This document shows, one piece after another, positions 42,222 to 52,519 of a stretch of 64,000 nucleotides of DNA (positions are counted from its first letter, which is position 1; every line of letters starts with the position of its first letter). The DNA is from Candidatus Bathyarchaeota archaeon (lineage in GTDB: Archaea > Thermoproteota > Bathyarchaeia > Bathyarchaeales > Bathycorpusculaceae): assembly GCA_963717465.1 (NCBI GenBank), contig OY970340.1:2720001-2784000 (forward strand), given 5' to 3'. The notes beneath the pieces are model-generated. The model did no database searches and had not been told where the DNA came from. It saw nothing but the letters and a program-made list of their open reading frames with translations. The translations under genes and the position numbers were made by a program.

Positions 42222-42605
42222 TTAATAAACGAAGGCTAGTAGCCTTCCTCCAATGTTTTTTTCTTCAGCGTCCTTGTGTGCAATAACACCTTTTGAAGTG
42301 GAAACAACCATAATGCCTATGTCTCTTGATGGCAGGAACTTCTTTTCCCAGTTTTCAAATTCGCCGGTTTTAACTGGATAGCGTGGTTTAACTGGACCGC
42401 ACTTGTTTATGCGTCCTAGAAGTTGAACTTTGAATTTTCCAGAGCGGCCATCATCGATAAATTCGAATTCGCCGATGTAACCGTTCAACTGCATTATTCT
42501 CAGCACCCGACCTAGAAGCTTAGAGGCAGGACTAATGATGCATTCCCGTTTATTGCGCATCTCATTGTTTATTATGGTTATCAAACCATTCGTTAAAGTG
42601 TCCAT
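42222..42605 (-). CDS. rps8: 30S ribosomal protein uS8
   Basis: GYIGEFEFIDDGRSG, GRINKCG, GGRLLAFVY. Confidence 0.96.
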   Translation of the reverse strand: MDTLTNGLITIINNEMRNKRECIISPASKLLGRVLRIMQLNGYIGEFEFIDDGRSGKFKVQLLGRINKCGPVKPRYPVKTGEFENWEKKFLPSRDIGIMVVSTSKGVIAHKDAEEKNIGGRLLAFVY

Positions 42606-42620
42606 TGCTTTTCCTTGCTC

Positions 42621-42785
42621 CTACTCATATTTTTTAAACCCAAGTTTTGGTGCTGCTTCCCTAAAACAATGTCTGCAAAGATATAAACCATAACGCCGAA
42701 TAACTGGTCCATAAGAACCACATCGGACACAAGGTCTTGCACCTTTGCCGTATTTTCTTTGCTTCTTCAATTGCTGTTTTCCCAT
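42621..42785 (-). CDS. rps14: 30S ribosomal protein uS14 (not in ORF track)
   Basis: Manual translation [54 protein letters not shown]. Confidence 0.95.
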   Translation of the reverse strand: MGKQQLKKQRKYGKGARPCVRCGSYGPVIRRYGLYLCRHCFREAAPKLGFKKYE

Positions 42786-42802
42786 AAATTCACACTTCTA
42801 TT

Positions 42803-43343
42803 CTACTCGATGTTTACCCCCAAAGTCTGCCTGACGAAAACAATTGATTCTTCAGGCGTTAACACGTGTTTTAAGCCAACATGCTTTTTCTCTATTCTTC
42901 GATTCTTTATTCTTTGACCAGGGCGATTAACTGAAACGCACACGTCCATTCCGAATATGCCGATTTCAGGATCATATTTTACGCCTGGAATTTCAATGTG
43001 CTCCTTGAGACCAAAAGAAAAGTTGCCGAACACGTCGAAAGATGACTTGGAAATTTTGTTGTCAACTACAGGCAAAACTTTCTTTAAAAAATCTATCGCT
43101 TTTTGTTTTCGAAGAGTTACTACACAAGCGATTGATTCTCCCTTCGCGAATGCCGAAATCGCGAATCGTCTTTTTTGCTTTTTTCTTTACTGGAGTTTGA
43201 TCTGTTATTTCTTTTAGTACGCGGACAGCTTTTTCAAGGGGTTCGCCTGATTTTCCAACGTTCAGGTTTACCACTACTTTTTCGATTCTGGGTTTAAGCA
43301 TTGGATGCTCTTCCCAAGTTTTAGCCAATTCTTCCTCAGACAA
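42803..43343 (-). CDS. rpl5: 50S ribosomal protein uL5 (indel near 43140)
   Basis: HPMLKPRIEKVVVN..VG, TIRDFGIR; then GNFSFG.KEHI, YDPEIGIFGMD. Confidence 0.93.
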
Positions 43344-43344
43344 A

Positions 43345-44101
43345 TTAAGCTGCCTCCGATACTGACACGAGTGGTTCTGTTTCACCTATTGAGAAGACAA
43401 AGTCTAAGATTGTTTGGTAGCGATTGCCCTTTGAGTCTTCTACAACTACTAGTGCATTTCTACGCTTTTTTGCCTCGGTCTTTTCGATCTCTATAATTTT
43501 GCCTTGCTTGCCAACGTTTTTGCCGCCAGTTATGATTGCCAAGTTTCCTTCTTTAGTCTTCAAGGTTGAATCAATTTTGGCATCTTCAAAAGTTACTTTT
43601 AGTGTATCAAAAGTGCCGTAAGGAACTTCCTCAGTGTTTTTTGGATCATCGACTTTAACAAGAATATTTGAACCATCATGTAAAGAAACTTGTACGCCTT
43701 TTGGAACAGTTGTCTTATCTTCTACTCTTAACAGTTTAAAACCGGCTTCTTCTTTGCTTATTGGAGTTAAGATTAATCCTTTATGCGAGGGCATTACACG
43801 ATAATGTTTGTCCATGTCAGGCATGGAGATAACATCCATTATGCCGACTGGGAAATCATCTTTTCTTCGGGCTTTTCCGTCAACTTGTACTTTGCCCTGT
43901 GAAAGTATCATTTTTCCTTCTTTTCTTACTGTTGCAACTCCAAGAATATCACGTAGAACAAGCGCTAATGGCAGGCATTCCTGAAGTGAATGTGGTCCAG
44001 ACGGATGGTTTCACTATCCATTGTTTTTCTTTTCTGTGAATAGGCCAAAATTTTGGAGCTGGTTTACGTTTCAGCCTTGCTGTTTTTCCTTTCTTACCCA
44101 A
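43345..44101 (-). CDS. rps4e: 30S ribosomal protein eS4 (indels near 44010)
   Basis: N-terminus MGKKG..RLKRKPAP.FWPI; S4 domain VDGKAR...FPVGIMDV; ITGGKNVG. Confidence 0.93.
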
Positions 44102-44103
44102 AT

Positions 44104-44874
44104 TTATTGGTCTCCTTTATTTTTTTCAGCGGTTTTACGCTTGGCTTTAGATTTAGAAGCGGGCTTTTTTTGGCGCCTTCTTTTTCCGCAGCTGATTTTT
44201 TAGTTTTCGCTCGCAGCTTTTTTAGTTTCTTTCTTTGCCGGCGCTGGCTTCTTTTTGGTTGGTTCTTCTTTTTTGGCAGTTGGCTTTTGCTTTTCGGGTT
44301 CAGTTTTTGGAGAAACCTGTTTTACTTCAGGTGTCTCTTCTTCAACTACTTGTTCAACTGCCTTTTCTTTTGCGGCTTCAGCTTTTGATTCTTCTGCGGC
44401 TTTTGCGGCTTCAGCTTTTGATTCTTCTGCGGCTTTTGCGGCTTCAGCTTTGGCTTTAGCCTTCTCTTTCTGTGCGGCTTTTTTGGTTTCTTTTGCTTTT
44501 TCAGGCGCCTGTTTTCTTTCAAGTATTGCTTTTCTTCGGTTATCGTCTAGACTTAGATTTTTTATCATGACTTTAGATGGATGTACACCGAGGAAAATGT
44601 TTGTTCCATCAACTTTTTCACGAGTTAAACCTTCAACATAAATTTTGAAGTGCTTTAGGTCTACACGCGAGACTTTTCCTTCAAATCCTTTATGGTCTCC
44701 TCGTTGAATGTGAACTGTGTCGCCTTTCCTTACTGGAAGAGTCTTTGCTCCTTTTGATTGGGCAAGCTCTTTTGAAAGTGGAGCGGCCATGAATTTGTGG
44801 CGAATATGAGCAGGAGCATTGTACATCATTTTTCGTTGTTTGCGAGGGTTCTTTACTCTATTTGTAGTTTGCAT
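44104..44874 (-). CDS. rpl24: 50S ribosomal protein uL24 with long K/E/A-rich tail (ORF stops at 44200; tail probably continues to 44104 via indels)
   Basis: PRKQRK..YNAP.H, VRKGD.V...RG, HPSKVMI. Confidence 0.92.
44368..44451. repeat. 33-bp tandem repeat (about 2.5 copies) in the uL24 tail
   Basis: Unit ttttgcggcttcagcttttgattcttctgcggc at 44368, 44401 and partially at 44434; encodes KAEAAKAAEES. Confidence 0.9.
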
Positions 44875-44882
44875 GTTTTCAC

Positions 44883-45323
44883 CTAAACTATTATGCTTGA
44901 GGCACTGGCTATTCTTGGCCATCTTTCAGCTGCTTCTTTAGCTACGGGACCGCGTATTTCTGAGCCTTTCATTTCTCCATCAGGAGTAATAATTACAGCG
45001 GCATTGTCTTCAAATTGAACCCAGACGCCGTCAACACGTCTGAAAGTTTTCCTTTGACGTACGATTACTGCTTGAAAAATTTTTTTGCGCATATCAGGCG
45101 AGCCTTGCCTAACGGATACAGTTATTTTGTCGCCTACTGTGGCAGATGGGTAACGTCTTAATCGACCTTTGTAACCCATGGCTTGTATGAGACGCAGTAC
45201 TCTGGCGCCTGTGTTGTCAGTGCATCTTAATTCTGAGCCTGCTTGAAGACCTCTTGAGAGTCTTTGACCGTGTGCAAGCATGCCTTTAGCGACGAGTGCT
45301 CTCTGTTTCGCTTTTGCCGCCAT
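44883..45323 (-). CDS. rpl14: 50S ribosomal protein uL14
   Basis: CTDNTGA, FEDNAAVI, GPVAKEAAERWP. Confidence 0.96.
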   Translation of the reverse strand: MAAKAKQRALVAKGMLAHGQRLSRGLQAGSELRCTDNTGARVLRLIQAMGYKGRLRRYPSATVGDKITVSVRQGSPDMRKKIFQAVIVRQRKTFRRVDGVWVQFEDNAAVIITPDGEMKGSEIRGPVAKEAAERWPRIASASSIIV

Positions 45324-45324
45324 T

Positions 45325-45646
45325 TTACTTCTCGTCTCCTAGTTTTTCAACTACAACAAAAGACACTGTTTTGCTGACTGGTCTGCATTCGGCGATCTTG
45401 ACTCGGTCGCCTTCTTTAACGTCTATGCATGGAGGATTGTGAGAGGGGATGTGCCCGTGTCTTCTTTCGTATCTGACGAATTTTGATGAGAACTCTAAGA
45501 ATTTTCGGTCTACAACGACTGTTTTGTCCATTCTGGCGGTGTGAACAATTCCTTCTAGAACGCGACCTCTTACCGCTAATGTCCCGTGGAAAGGACAATT
45601 TCGGTCAGTCACAAGTTTTTTTGGGCTTCTTGAATTTTAAGGACAT
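45325..45646 (-). CDS. rps17: 30S ribosomal protein uS17 (indel near 45612)
   Basis: DRNCPFHG.L.VRG, RYERR, ECRPVSKT; ATG 45646 overlaps the Rpp29 stop. Confidence 0.94.
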
Positions 45647-45927
45647 TACCATAACCTCTTAATGTTTTTTTTAAGCCGATCTTCAGGTCTTCCCACCAAA
45701 AGTTTACCGTCAATTTCAACGATTGTTCCATCGTCAAATTCAAAGTTAAAAATTGATGTTTCTTTTATTACATTTTTTGTTTTGCCTTTGCTGAGAAAAC
45801 TAAAAGTGTTCTTCGTTTCTCCTACAACTGGGCCAGCTAAACCAATGTAGTCTTTGTGTAGGCTTTGGGTTACTCTTCCTTTTGTGCCGATGAATTCGTA
45901 TCTTATGATGTCAGGTGTAACTTTCAT
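45646..45927 (-). CDS. rnp1: Ribonuclease P protein component 1 (Rpp29/Pop4)
   Basis: EFIG...G.VV.ETKNT, IDGKLLVGRPEDRLKK; canonical position in the cluster. Confidence 0.92.
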   Translation of the reverse strand: MKVTPDIIRYEFIGTKGRVTQSLHKDYIGLAGPVVGETKNTFSFLSKGKTKNVIKETSIFNFEFDDGTIVEIDGKLLVGRPEDRLKKNIKRLW

Positions 45928-46220
45928 TTGGCTGTCTTCTCCTTCTCTTTTTCAGCCTTGCTGGGTTTTTTCTTTTCAGCTTTTTTAGCTGGCTCTTCTT
46001 TTTTACTGGGGATTTCAAGTTTAGCTTGGCTTTGATTTTGAACTGTGAGTATTCGTGCAATTGTTTTGCGCAGTTCCCTGATTCTTGTTGGATTTTCTAC
46101 TGCGCCTCCGGCTTTAACCATGGTTTTTAATCGGGATAGTTCTGTGCGTAATTCTACGAGTTTTTTTGATCTTGCCTCGTCAGACATGCCGTTGATTTCT
46201 TTCATGCGAAGAATTGGCAT
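45924..46220 (-). CDS. rpl29: 50S ribosomal protein uL29 with K/E tail
   Basis: LR..EI..MS, ENPTRIRELRKTIARILT. Confidence 0.94.
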   Translation of the reverse strand: MPILRMKEINGMSDEARSKKLVELRTELSRLKTMVKAGGAVENPTRIRELRKTIARILTVQNQSQAKLEIPSKKEEPAKKAEKKKPSKAEKEKEKTAK

Positions 46221-46973
46221 TACTGTTTTTCCTCCTCTTCTTCATCCTCGTCGTCTGTTACTTCGGTTGCTTTCACCTTTGATTCCGGCTCTGGTTCAGG
46301 TGCTGGCTTTTCTGGTTTTCCTGCCTGTGCTGGTGCTTCAGCTTGTGGTTTTGCAGCGGCTTTTTCTTCAGGAGGCAACGCCTGCAACTATTTTGATTTT
46401 ATCAGGGAATATAGCGTCTGGAGGCATTATTTTTACTCGTACGCCGATAATTCCTGGTTTAAGCTGAACGTGGGCTTCAGCTTTCTTCGTGTACATTAAT
46501 GCTGGTTCTCCGCACCTTGGGAAATAGCCAGCGCGGAATTTTTCAAATCTGGCTCTTTCAGTGCGAAGTTTTCCACTGATTACGATTTCTACGCCAAGTG
46601 CGCCTGCTTCCATAACCTGGTTTAAAGCCCAAAATCCAGCACGCCTAAAATGAACGCCTCGTTGAAGCGCTGAAGCCACTCTGGAAGCTACAACGTAAGC
46701 GTTGAATTCGGGCACTTCAATTTCTGAAACTGAGATTTGTGGATTTGCAAGTTTAAATTTTTCTTCAAGGGCTGAGGCGAGTTCTTTTATGGTTTCTCCG
46801 CCGCGGCCGATTACTAATCCTGGGCGCATGGCATATATTACAACGTGTGTTCCCAGTGGAGTTTTGCTTAAGTTTACTCCGCCATAGCCTGCGCGGTCAA
46901 GTTTTTTTTGTAGAAATTCGTCTATTTCTGTTTTTTTGATGGATTCAGTTATAAATCGTTTAACTATCGACAT
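46220..46973 (-). CDS. rps3: 30S ribosomal protein uS3 with charged tail (indels after 46370)
   Basis: RPGLVIGRGG, GALGVEIVISGKL, KPGIIGVRVKIM; tail ends in a TAATG overlap with rpl29. Confidence 0.93.
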
Positions 46974-46975
46974 TG

Positions 46976-47449
46976 TTATTCTCCTTTCTCTTGGAGCGCG
47001 ATTTCAACGTGCGTGGTAATGTTGTATTTGGGTGAGGCTCTTCCATGGGCTCTTGGAGTGTAACGCTTAATCTTCATGCCTGGGTATGCACAGGAATGGA
47101 TTATTTTTAGTTTTTCAGTGTCTAAGCCCTTGTTTTCTGCGTTTGCTTGCGCTGCTTGGAGTACTCTAAGAACCACCTCTGCAGTTTTTATTGGGTACCT
47201 TCCAGCAAAAGCATGTGTTATTCCGCCTTTATGCCCCAGCTTTTTAGTGTACCTCTTGTATGGGATGGCTTTTTTCTTGATCATTACATCGCGTAAATAG
47301 TCTTTCGCAGCGAGTAAATCCATGCCTTTTATAGCTTTACACACTTCTCGTGCAGCTTTATGGGATACCTTTAGTTCCCTACCGCTGGCTATCGCTGTTT
47401 TTTCCGGATCTAAAGTTTCTTGAATTATAGAGTATCCCCATTTAGGCAT
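46976..47449 (-). CDS. rpl22: 50S ribosomal protein uL22
   Basis: SHKAAREVC, GRYPIK, NAENKGLD, PRAHGRA. Confidence 0.95.
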   Translation of the reverse strand: MPKWGYSIIQETLDPEKTAIASGRELKVSHKAAREVCKAIKGMDLLAAKDYLRDVMIKKKAIPYKRYTKKLGHKGGITHAFAGRYPIKTAEVVLRVLQAAQANAENKGLDTEKLKIIHSCAYPGMKIKRYTPRAHGRASPKYNITTHVEIALQEKGE

Positions 47450-47865
47450 TTCATTATCACCGATGCTCAATCAAACACGTAAAAGCAATTTATATGGCTT
47501 TCCGTATCACAATTACCAATACGATTAAGTAAGCAACTTAGTTTTCCCTTATTAAGGGCGAATTCGTGAGTGAGGTGACCAAAAAGTGGAATGCAACTCT
47601 GCTTTTATAGTTTTTCCAAAAAATAGGCTATCGACATTCTAATTGCCTCGGTATTTAGATATTTGGGCAAAATTGACAAAAGAGAATATTTGAATGACGC
47701 TAAAACTAAGCATTTAATGGCAAAACTTCAGTTCTCTTTTTTTAGAGCGGCCGCGAAACCACTTCTAAGTTAATTGCAAGACAAATTGGTTAAGGATTCT
47801 CACCTAGGAAAAAGTGTATATGTTTTTTATCACATTTTTTATCATATAGAAAATGTGAAGATTTT

Positions 47866-48510
47866 ATGTCAGTAAAAGGTTTAGATAACGATAAGAACGA
47901 ACAAGAATACTTTGAAAGCTGGGAGAAAGTGTATAGTCGAAAAGAGAACTCTTTTGATGTTAATGAGCCGGATGAATGGATAGTTGAGCTTGAGGCTCAG
48001 GGAAAGATTAGCGGTTTAGTTTTGGACTCTGGATGTGGTACAGGAGGCAACTCACTTTATCTTGCGGCTAAAGGGCACTCGGTTGTGGGGATAAGCATCT
48101 CATTGAAAGCTATCGAAAGAGCAAAGGAAAAAGCGGCAGAGAAAGAGATCGCGAATGCGAAATTTCTCCAGTTGAACATCTTCAAATTGACGGGATACGA
48201 TGACAAATTTGGCACGGTTATTGATGTAGGATGTTTTCATTCTCTGCATGAGGACGACCGGAAGAAGTATGTGAGCATGTTAAAGAATGCATGCAAATCT
48301 GGCGCCGTTATATTTCTGAGAGCTTTCAGCACAGCTAACGCAAAAAGAAAAGGCTATAGAGGTCCGCAGGTGCCCGACGAACAGATACGTGTTGCTTTTT
48401 CAAAGGGCTGGAGAATAGTTAGATTTGAGCAAAAAGACGTAGATGTAAAATTATCCGCTATCGATACAGTAAAAATCAACGCATGGTTTGCTGAAATAGT
48501 GCGACTTTGA
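47866..48510 (+). CDS. Class I SAM-dependent methyltransferase
   Basis: VLDSGCGTG, VIDVGCFHSL. Confidence 0.88.
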   Translation: MSVKGLDNDKNEQEYFESWEKVYSRKENSFDVNEPDEWIVELEAQGKISGLVLDSGCGTGGNSLYLAAKGHSVVGISISLKAIERAKEKAAEKEIANAKFLQLNIFKLTGYDDKFGTVIDVGCFHSLHEDDRKKYVSMLKNACKSGAVIFLRAFSTANAKRKGYRGPQVPDEQIRVAFSKGWRIVRFEQKDVDVKLSAIDTVKINAWFAEIVRL

Positions 48511-48592
48511 GTTTATTTAATAGTTGACACGGCTTTTTAGCGCCGCTGAACTAGTCTTACTCCTATTTTTTTCTTTTCGTGAGGCGGTTGGT

Positions 48593-49461
48593 ATGGAAAG
48601 AAAGGCTGACAAGATTCTAAATCGCCGTACAACTTTAGAGGGCGCTGGCGTTAAGCTCAAACGGGTCTTAGGCAACGACAGACGCTCTACGCTTGATCCG
48701 TTCTTGCTCTTAGACCATTTTGGATCAGATAATCCAGAAGACTACATCAAAGGTTTTCCTTGGCATCCTCATAGAGGAATGGAAACAGTCACCTACATGT
48801 GGACGGGCGAAGTTGAACACGGCGACAGCATGGGAAACAAAGGCGTAATCAAGTCCGGAGATGTGCAATGGATGACTGCGGGGTCAGGCATAATACATCA
48901 AGAAATGCCCCAAAAATACGACGGATTGATGCAGGGTTTTCAACTATGGGTAAATCTGCCCGCAAAAAAGAAAATGATCGACCCCAAATATCGTGGTATA
49001 GAAAAACAACAAATCCCAGTACTCGAAAAAGATGGCTCAAAAATAAAAGTCATAGCAGGCAAGGTTGATGGAACGGAAGGACCAGTTCGCGACTTAGCAA
49101 TAAACATAGAATACTTCGATGTAGAGCTAGATGCCGGAAAAACATTCGAGCACGCCACACCTAAGAATGATACGGTTTTTGCCTACCTCGTTGAAGGATC
49201 AATAGAGATTGGGAGCAAGAAGATATTGCAGGGTCAGTGTGCAGTTTTTGGTGAAGGCGATTTAGTCAAAATAGGCTCGAACAGGGCGGCGCTCGGTTTC
49301 TGTTTGTGTCGGGAGAGCCGTTAAACGAGCCTGTGGCGTGGAGAGGACCAATCGTTATGAATACTGAAGAAGAGCTCGATAAAGCCTTTGAAGAACTAGA
49401 TTCAGATACTTTTATCAAAATTAAGAATCCAGTTAAGCCTAAAAAAATCAGTGTGATGTAA
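48593..49461 (+). CDS. Pirin family protein (indel near 49285)
   Basis: DPFLLLDHF, HPHRGMETVTY, QWMTAGSGIIHQE, QLWVNLP; shifted frame gives PLNEPVAWRGPIVMNT. Confidence 0.93.
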
Positions 49462-49607
49462 GTATGAGCGCACGTAAAAAAAATTCCAACTGAGAACAAA
49501 AAGAAAAGTACTTTGGTCAAACCCATTATCACGTTCGTTTTCTAAGAGCGGAAATATTCGTTGCCAAATTTTATTAGGAGTTTCGTGAGATATTTATGTG
49601 GGTAAAA

Positions 49608-49901
49608 ATGTCTACCGCTAAAGTTGACGAAAGATATAGGATAGTTCTTGACAAGAAAATTAGAAAAAAAACTCACATTAAAGCGGGGGATATTTTAGTT
49701 ATCGAGCCACTCGATGACTACAGCTTTAAAGCAAACGTTTTAGACTTAACCTCAGAGAACGTTGAAGACGACCCAGCATGGAAGGCGATTCACATGCCGA
49801 TCAAAGTGAAAAAGCATATTCCTCCAAAAAAACTCGAAGAGATGATGGAGGAAACAACTTGGCTAGAGCGAGGAATGAGTCGAAACCTCTTTCCTTGGTA
49901 G
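49608..49901 (+). CDS. AbrB/MazE-type antitoxin (end uncertain)
   Basis: KVDERYRIVL.K.IR....IKAGD pattern upstream of a PIN gene. Confidence 0.8.
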   Translation: MSTAKVDERYRIVLDKKIRKKTHIKAGDILVIEPLDDYSFKANVLDLTSENVEDDPAWKAIHMPIKVKKHIPPKKLEEMMEETTWLERGMSRNLFPW

Positions 49902-50325
49902 ATTCAAATGTTATAATCTATGCTATATGATGAAGAACCATGCAAACAAGCAGTATCACGAAAAATGCCTAACCCTTATAGAAAAAGGGCTTAAAGGCGA
50001 ACTCAAAGGTATTTTGGCGGTAAACCCAATAGTAATAGTTGAAGTATTTTCGGTCTTGCGAAAACTTGAAGGCTGCGAATTAGCAGAATTCAAAATAACC
50101 TCATTCTTGCATTCAAAACGTCTCGGTTTCTTGTCAGTCTCAAAAGAAGCATGCCAAAAAATGGTCCAATGGGCCAAAGAAAAGAACATTCCAGTAAACG
50201 ACGCATTGATAGGTGCAAGCATACTGGAAAAGGCGAACCTAATCTTCACAGTAGACGAAGAGCACTTCCAAAAACTCAAAGAGTATGGTATCCAAGTTTT
50301 AAATCCTTTAACTTCACCTTTCTGA
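49875..50325 (+). CDS. PIN-domain toxin (VapC-like), indels near 5' end
   Basis: Shifted-frame VDSNVIIYA, then EVFSVL, NDALIGA, TVDEEHF, NP. Confidence 0.8.
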
Positions 50326-50527
50326 AAAGATTTTTTAGAAGAAACTCTTATTTGCAATATTCGCGAAGGCAAGCTTGATACAATACTCAACAGTGTTCGT
50401 GAAAAACATAAATTGGCTTCTTCGTCACACACGCCAGCCCCAGCTCTTTGGCATCCGACATTATCTCATTAATTAACCTCAAAAAAGAAATAGAAGGTTG
50501 CCATAAAACAACCGAAGAGGTGGGGAA

Positions 50528-50671
50528 ATGCAGTATAAATGTATTAGATGCGTAGGGTGTTCTTCACATAACGTTAAAGCAACATACAACAATAAAGAGG
50601 AACTCGTAACCGTTACATGCCTAGATTGCGGTTACGTTAGACACTACGAAAATGGGTTCCCCAAAGAATAA
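50528..50671 (+). CDS. 47-aa Zn-ribbon microprotein (not in ORF track)
   Basis: MQYKCIRCVGCSSHNVKATYNNKEELVTVTCLDCGYVRHYENGFPKE; GAGGTG SD upstream. Confidence 0.7.
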   Translation: MQYKCIRCVGCSSHNVKATYNNKEELVTVTCLDCGYVRHYENGFPKE

Positions 50672-50980
50672 GCGAACAATAGAGAATACAAAACAACCTG
50701 TCCTCGCGTTAATTAATTATGTTGGACTTTCAATCCCGCTAGGTTTTTTGATCTTTTTTACATTGTTAAGTAAAATATGAGTTGTAGCCGTCCAGTATTT
50801 AAATGAGAATTTAAATAAACCATTCAAAACCAAGCTTAATTAGGTTTTATCAGGGTAATTCTATTTTTGCCCTTTTAAATCGTCAAACTGGTAAAGTCCA
50901 GTTCTCAAAAAGAATTAAGAGCTAACTTAATTGTATGATGAAGGAATTAACGAAGCTGCTATAAGGATACGTGTATTAAC

Positions 50981-51262
50981 TTGAGTAAATTTGCTGCATC
51001 TGTTAACATGTTTATCGATGCCTCTGAGAGAGATACTATCGTCCAAGCGCTGTCTAAAATCCCATCAATAGAAGAAATTTATGAGGTCGCAGGCGAGTAC
51101 GATATAGTTTCTATTGTTTCAACTTCAAGCGTAGAAGAGTTCCGAGATTTACTTCATAAGCGAATACTCAATATCAAAGGCATAAAAAGTGTTATAACAT
51201 CAGTAATTCTTAAGCTGGATGACAAACCAAACTTAAAAAAGAAAACTGTTCAGCACATTTAA
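50981..51262 (+). CDS. Stand-alone Lrp/AsnC ligand-binding (RAM) domain protein
   Basis: IEEIYEVAGEYDIV, I..IKGIKSV.TSVIL; no HTH. Confidence 0.85.
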   Translation: MSKFAASVNMFIDASERDTIVQALSKIPSIEEIYEVAGEYDIVSIVSTSSVEEFRDLLHKRILNIKGIKSVITSVILKLDDKPNLKKKTVQHI

Positions 51263-51538
51263 AAGAAAATCAAAATCAATTGTGCCAAAACTTTTTGCAT
51301 TGCCAATGTTTTGAGGAATCTTCAGAATTGATAATTTTGAAAAAGAACCTTTTAAGCTCAAAACCTTGACAAATTACGCGATAGTTACTCCCGAAATTCA
51401 ATCTTAGCCTAACGAAGCTACTTTGAGGCCTTTACGAGCACTTCATAACTATGCAGGATAATGCTTATATCTAAAATCTTGAATGAAAACGATATCATTT
51501 AACGATAATGGAAAAAAAATTACTGGCAGGCGTATTTC

Positions 51539-52519
51539 ATGGTAGAAAATTCAGTTATACAGACTAAAGAGCTTAGGAAAACTTTTCCTGCTAAAGGAAG
51601 AGGAGGCAAAGAGGTTGAAGCAGTAAAAGGCATAGACCTCACCGTTAAGAGAGGAGAAATTTTCGGTTTTCTGGGCCCGAACGGTGCTGGTAAATCCACC
51701 ACGCAAAAAATGCTCTCCACGTTATTGTGTCCCACTAGTGGAGAAGCCAAAGTTCTTGGATATGATTTAGCAGATCAACAGGAGCAAATTAGGCAAAACA
51801 TTGGATGCGTAAGTCAAGCAGGCGGAGCTGACCTTGCCTCAACGGGCATGGAGAATTTGGTTCTTCAAGCCCGTCTCTATGGCATAGATGCCTCAAATGC
51901 CAAAAAATACGCTAACGAGTTTGCAGAGCGGTTCCAGATGAATTCTTTCATAATGCGACCTGCGCAAACGTATTCAGGTGGTCAAAAACGGCGTTTAGAC
52001 GTTGCACTTGGTATGATCCATCATCCTCAGTTGCTTCTTCTCGATGAGCCGACAACTGGTCTTGACCCACAAAGTCGAACTTACTTGTGGGGAGAAATTA
52101 AAAAGCTCAAGGAGGGAGGCATCACCATCCTTTTAACCACACAGTATATGGATGAAGCGGATAAGCTCTGCGACCGAATAGCAATTATTGATGATGGAAA
52201 AATCGTTGTAACTGGAACTCCTGAAGAGTTAAAAAGCAGCGTAGGCGGCGACACCATCATCTTCAGTTTCTCCTCAGAAGAAACCGCTCTTAACGCGAAG
52301 GTGATGGTGGCAAAAATGGCGCCCACAGCAGTTATTAAAGCTCAGGATAGTAGCCTTCACATAACCATTAAAGATGGGGAGAGAATGATGCCTGATCTAC
52401 TGCGCTCACTCGATGCTCAGAATCTGCAGGCACAAACCGTAACTTTATCCAGGCCAAGCCTTGATGACGTGTTTCTTAAATATACTGGCCGTTCACTTCG
52501 GGAGGACAAAATCAAATGA
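51539..52519 (+). CDS. ABC exporter ATP-binding protein (DrrA-like)
   Basis: GPNGAGKST, YSGGQKRR, LDEPTTGLDPQSR, PSLDDVFL..TG. Confidence 0.93.
   Translation: MVENSVIQTKELRKTFPAKGRGGKEVEAVKGIDLTVKRGEIFGFLGPNGAGKSTTQKMLSTLLCPTSGEAKVLGYDLADQQEQIRQNIGCVSQAGGADLASTGMENLVLQARLYGIDASNAKKYANEFAERFQMNSFIMRPAQTYSGGQKRRLDVALGMIHHPQLLLLDEPTTGLDPQSRTYLWGEIKKLKEGGITILLTTQYMDEADKLCDRIAIIDDGKIVVTGTPEELKSSVGGDTIIFSFSSEETALNAKVMVAKMAPTAVIKAQDSSLHITIKDGERMMPDLLRSLDAQNLQAQTVTLSRPSLDDVFLKYTGRSLREDKIK

Noticed and set aside
44053..44641. Phe/Ser/Leu-rich plus-strand ORFs and possible CRISPR-like repeats
   Set aside because: Antisense shadows of the K/E/A-rich uL24 tail; the repeats are spacerless coding tandem repeats.
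47554..47567. AAGGGCGAATTCGT resembling a TOPO vector junction
   Set aside because: Only about 14 nt with no further vector sequence; it overlaps a local CCCTTA-T-TAAGGG palindrome.
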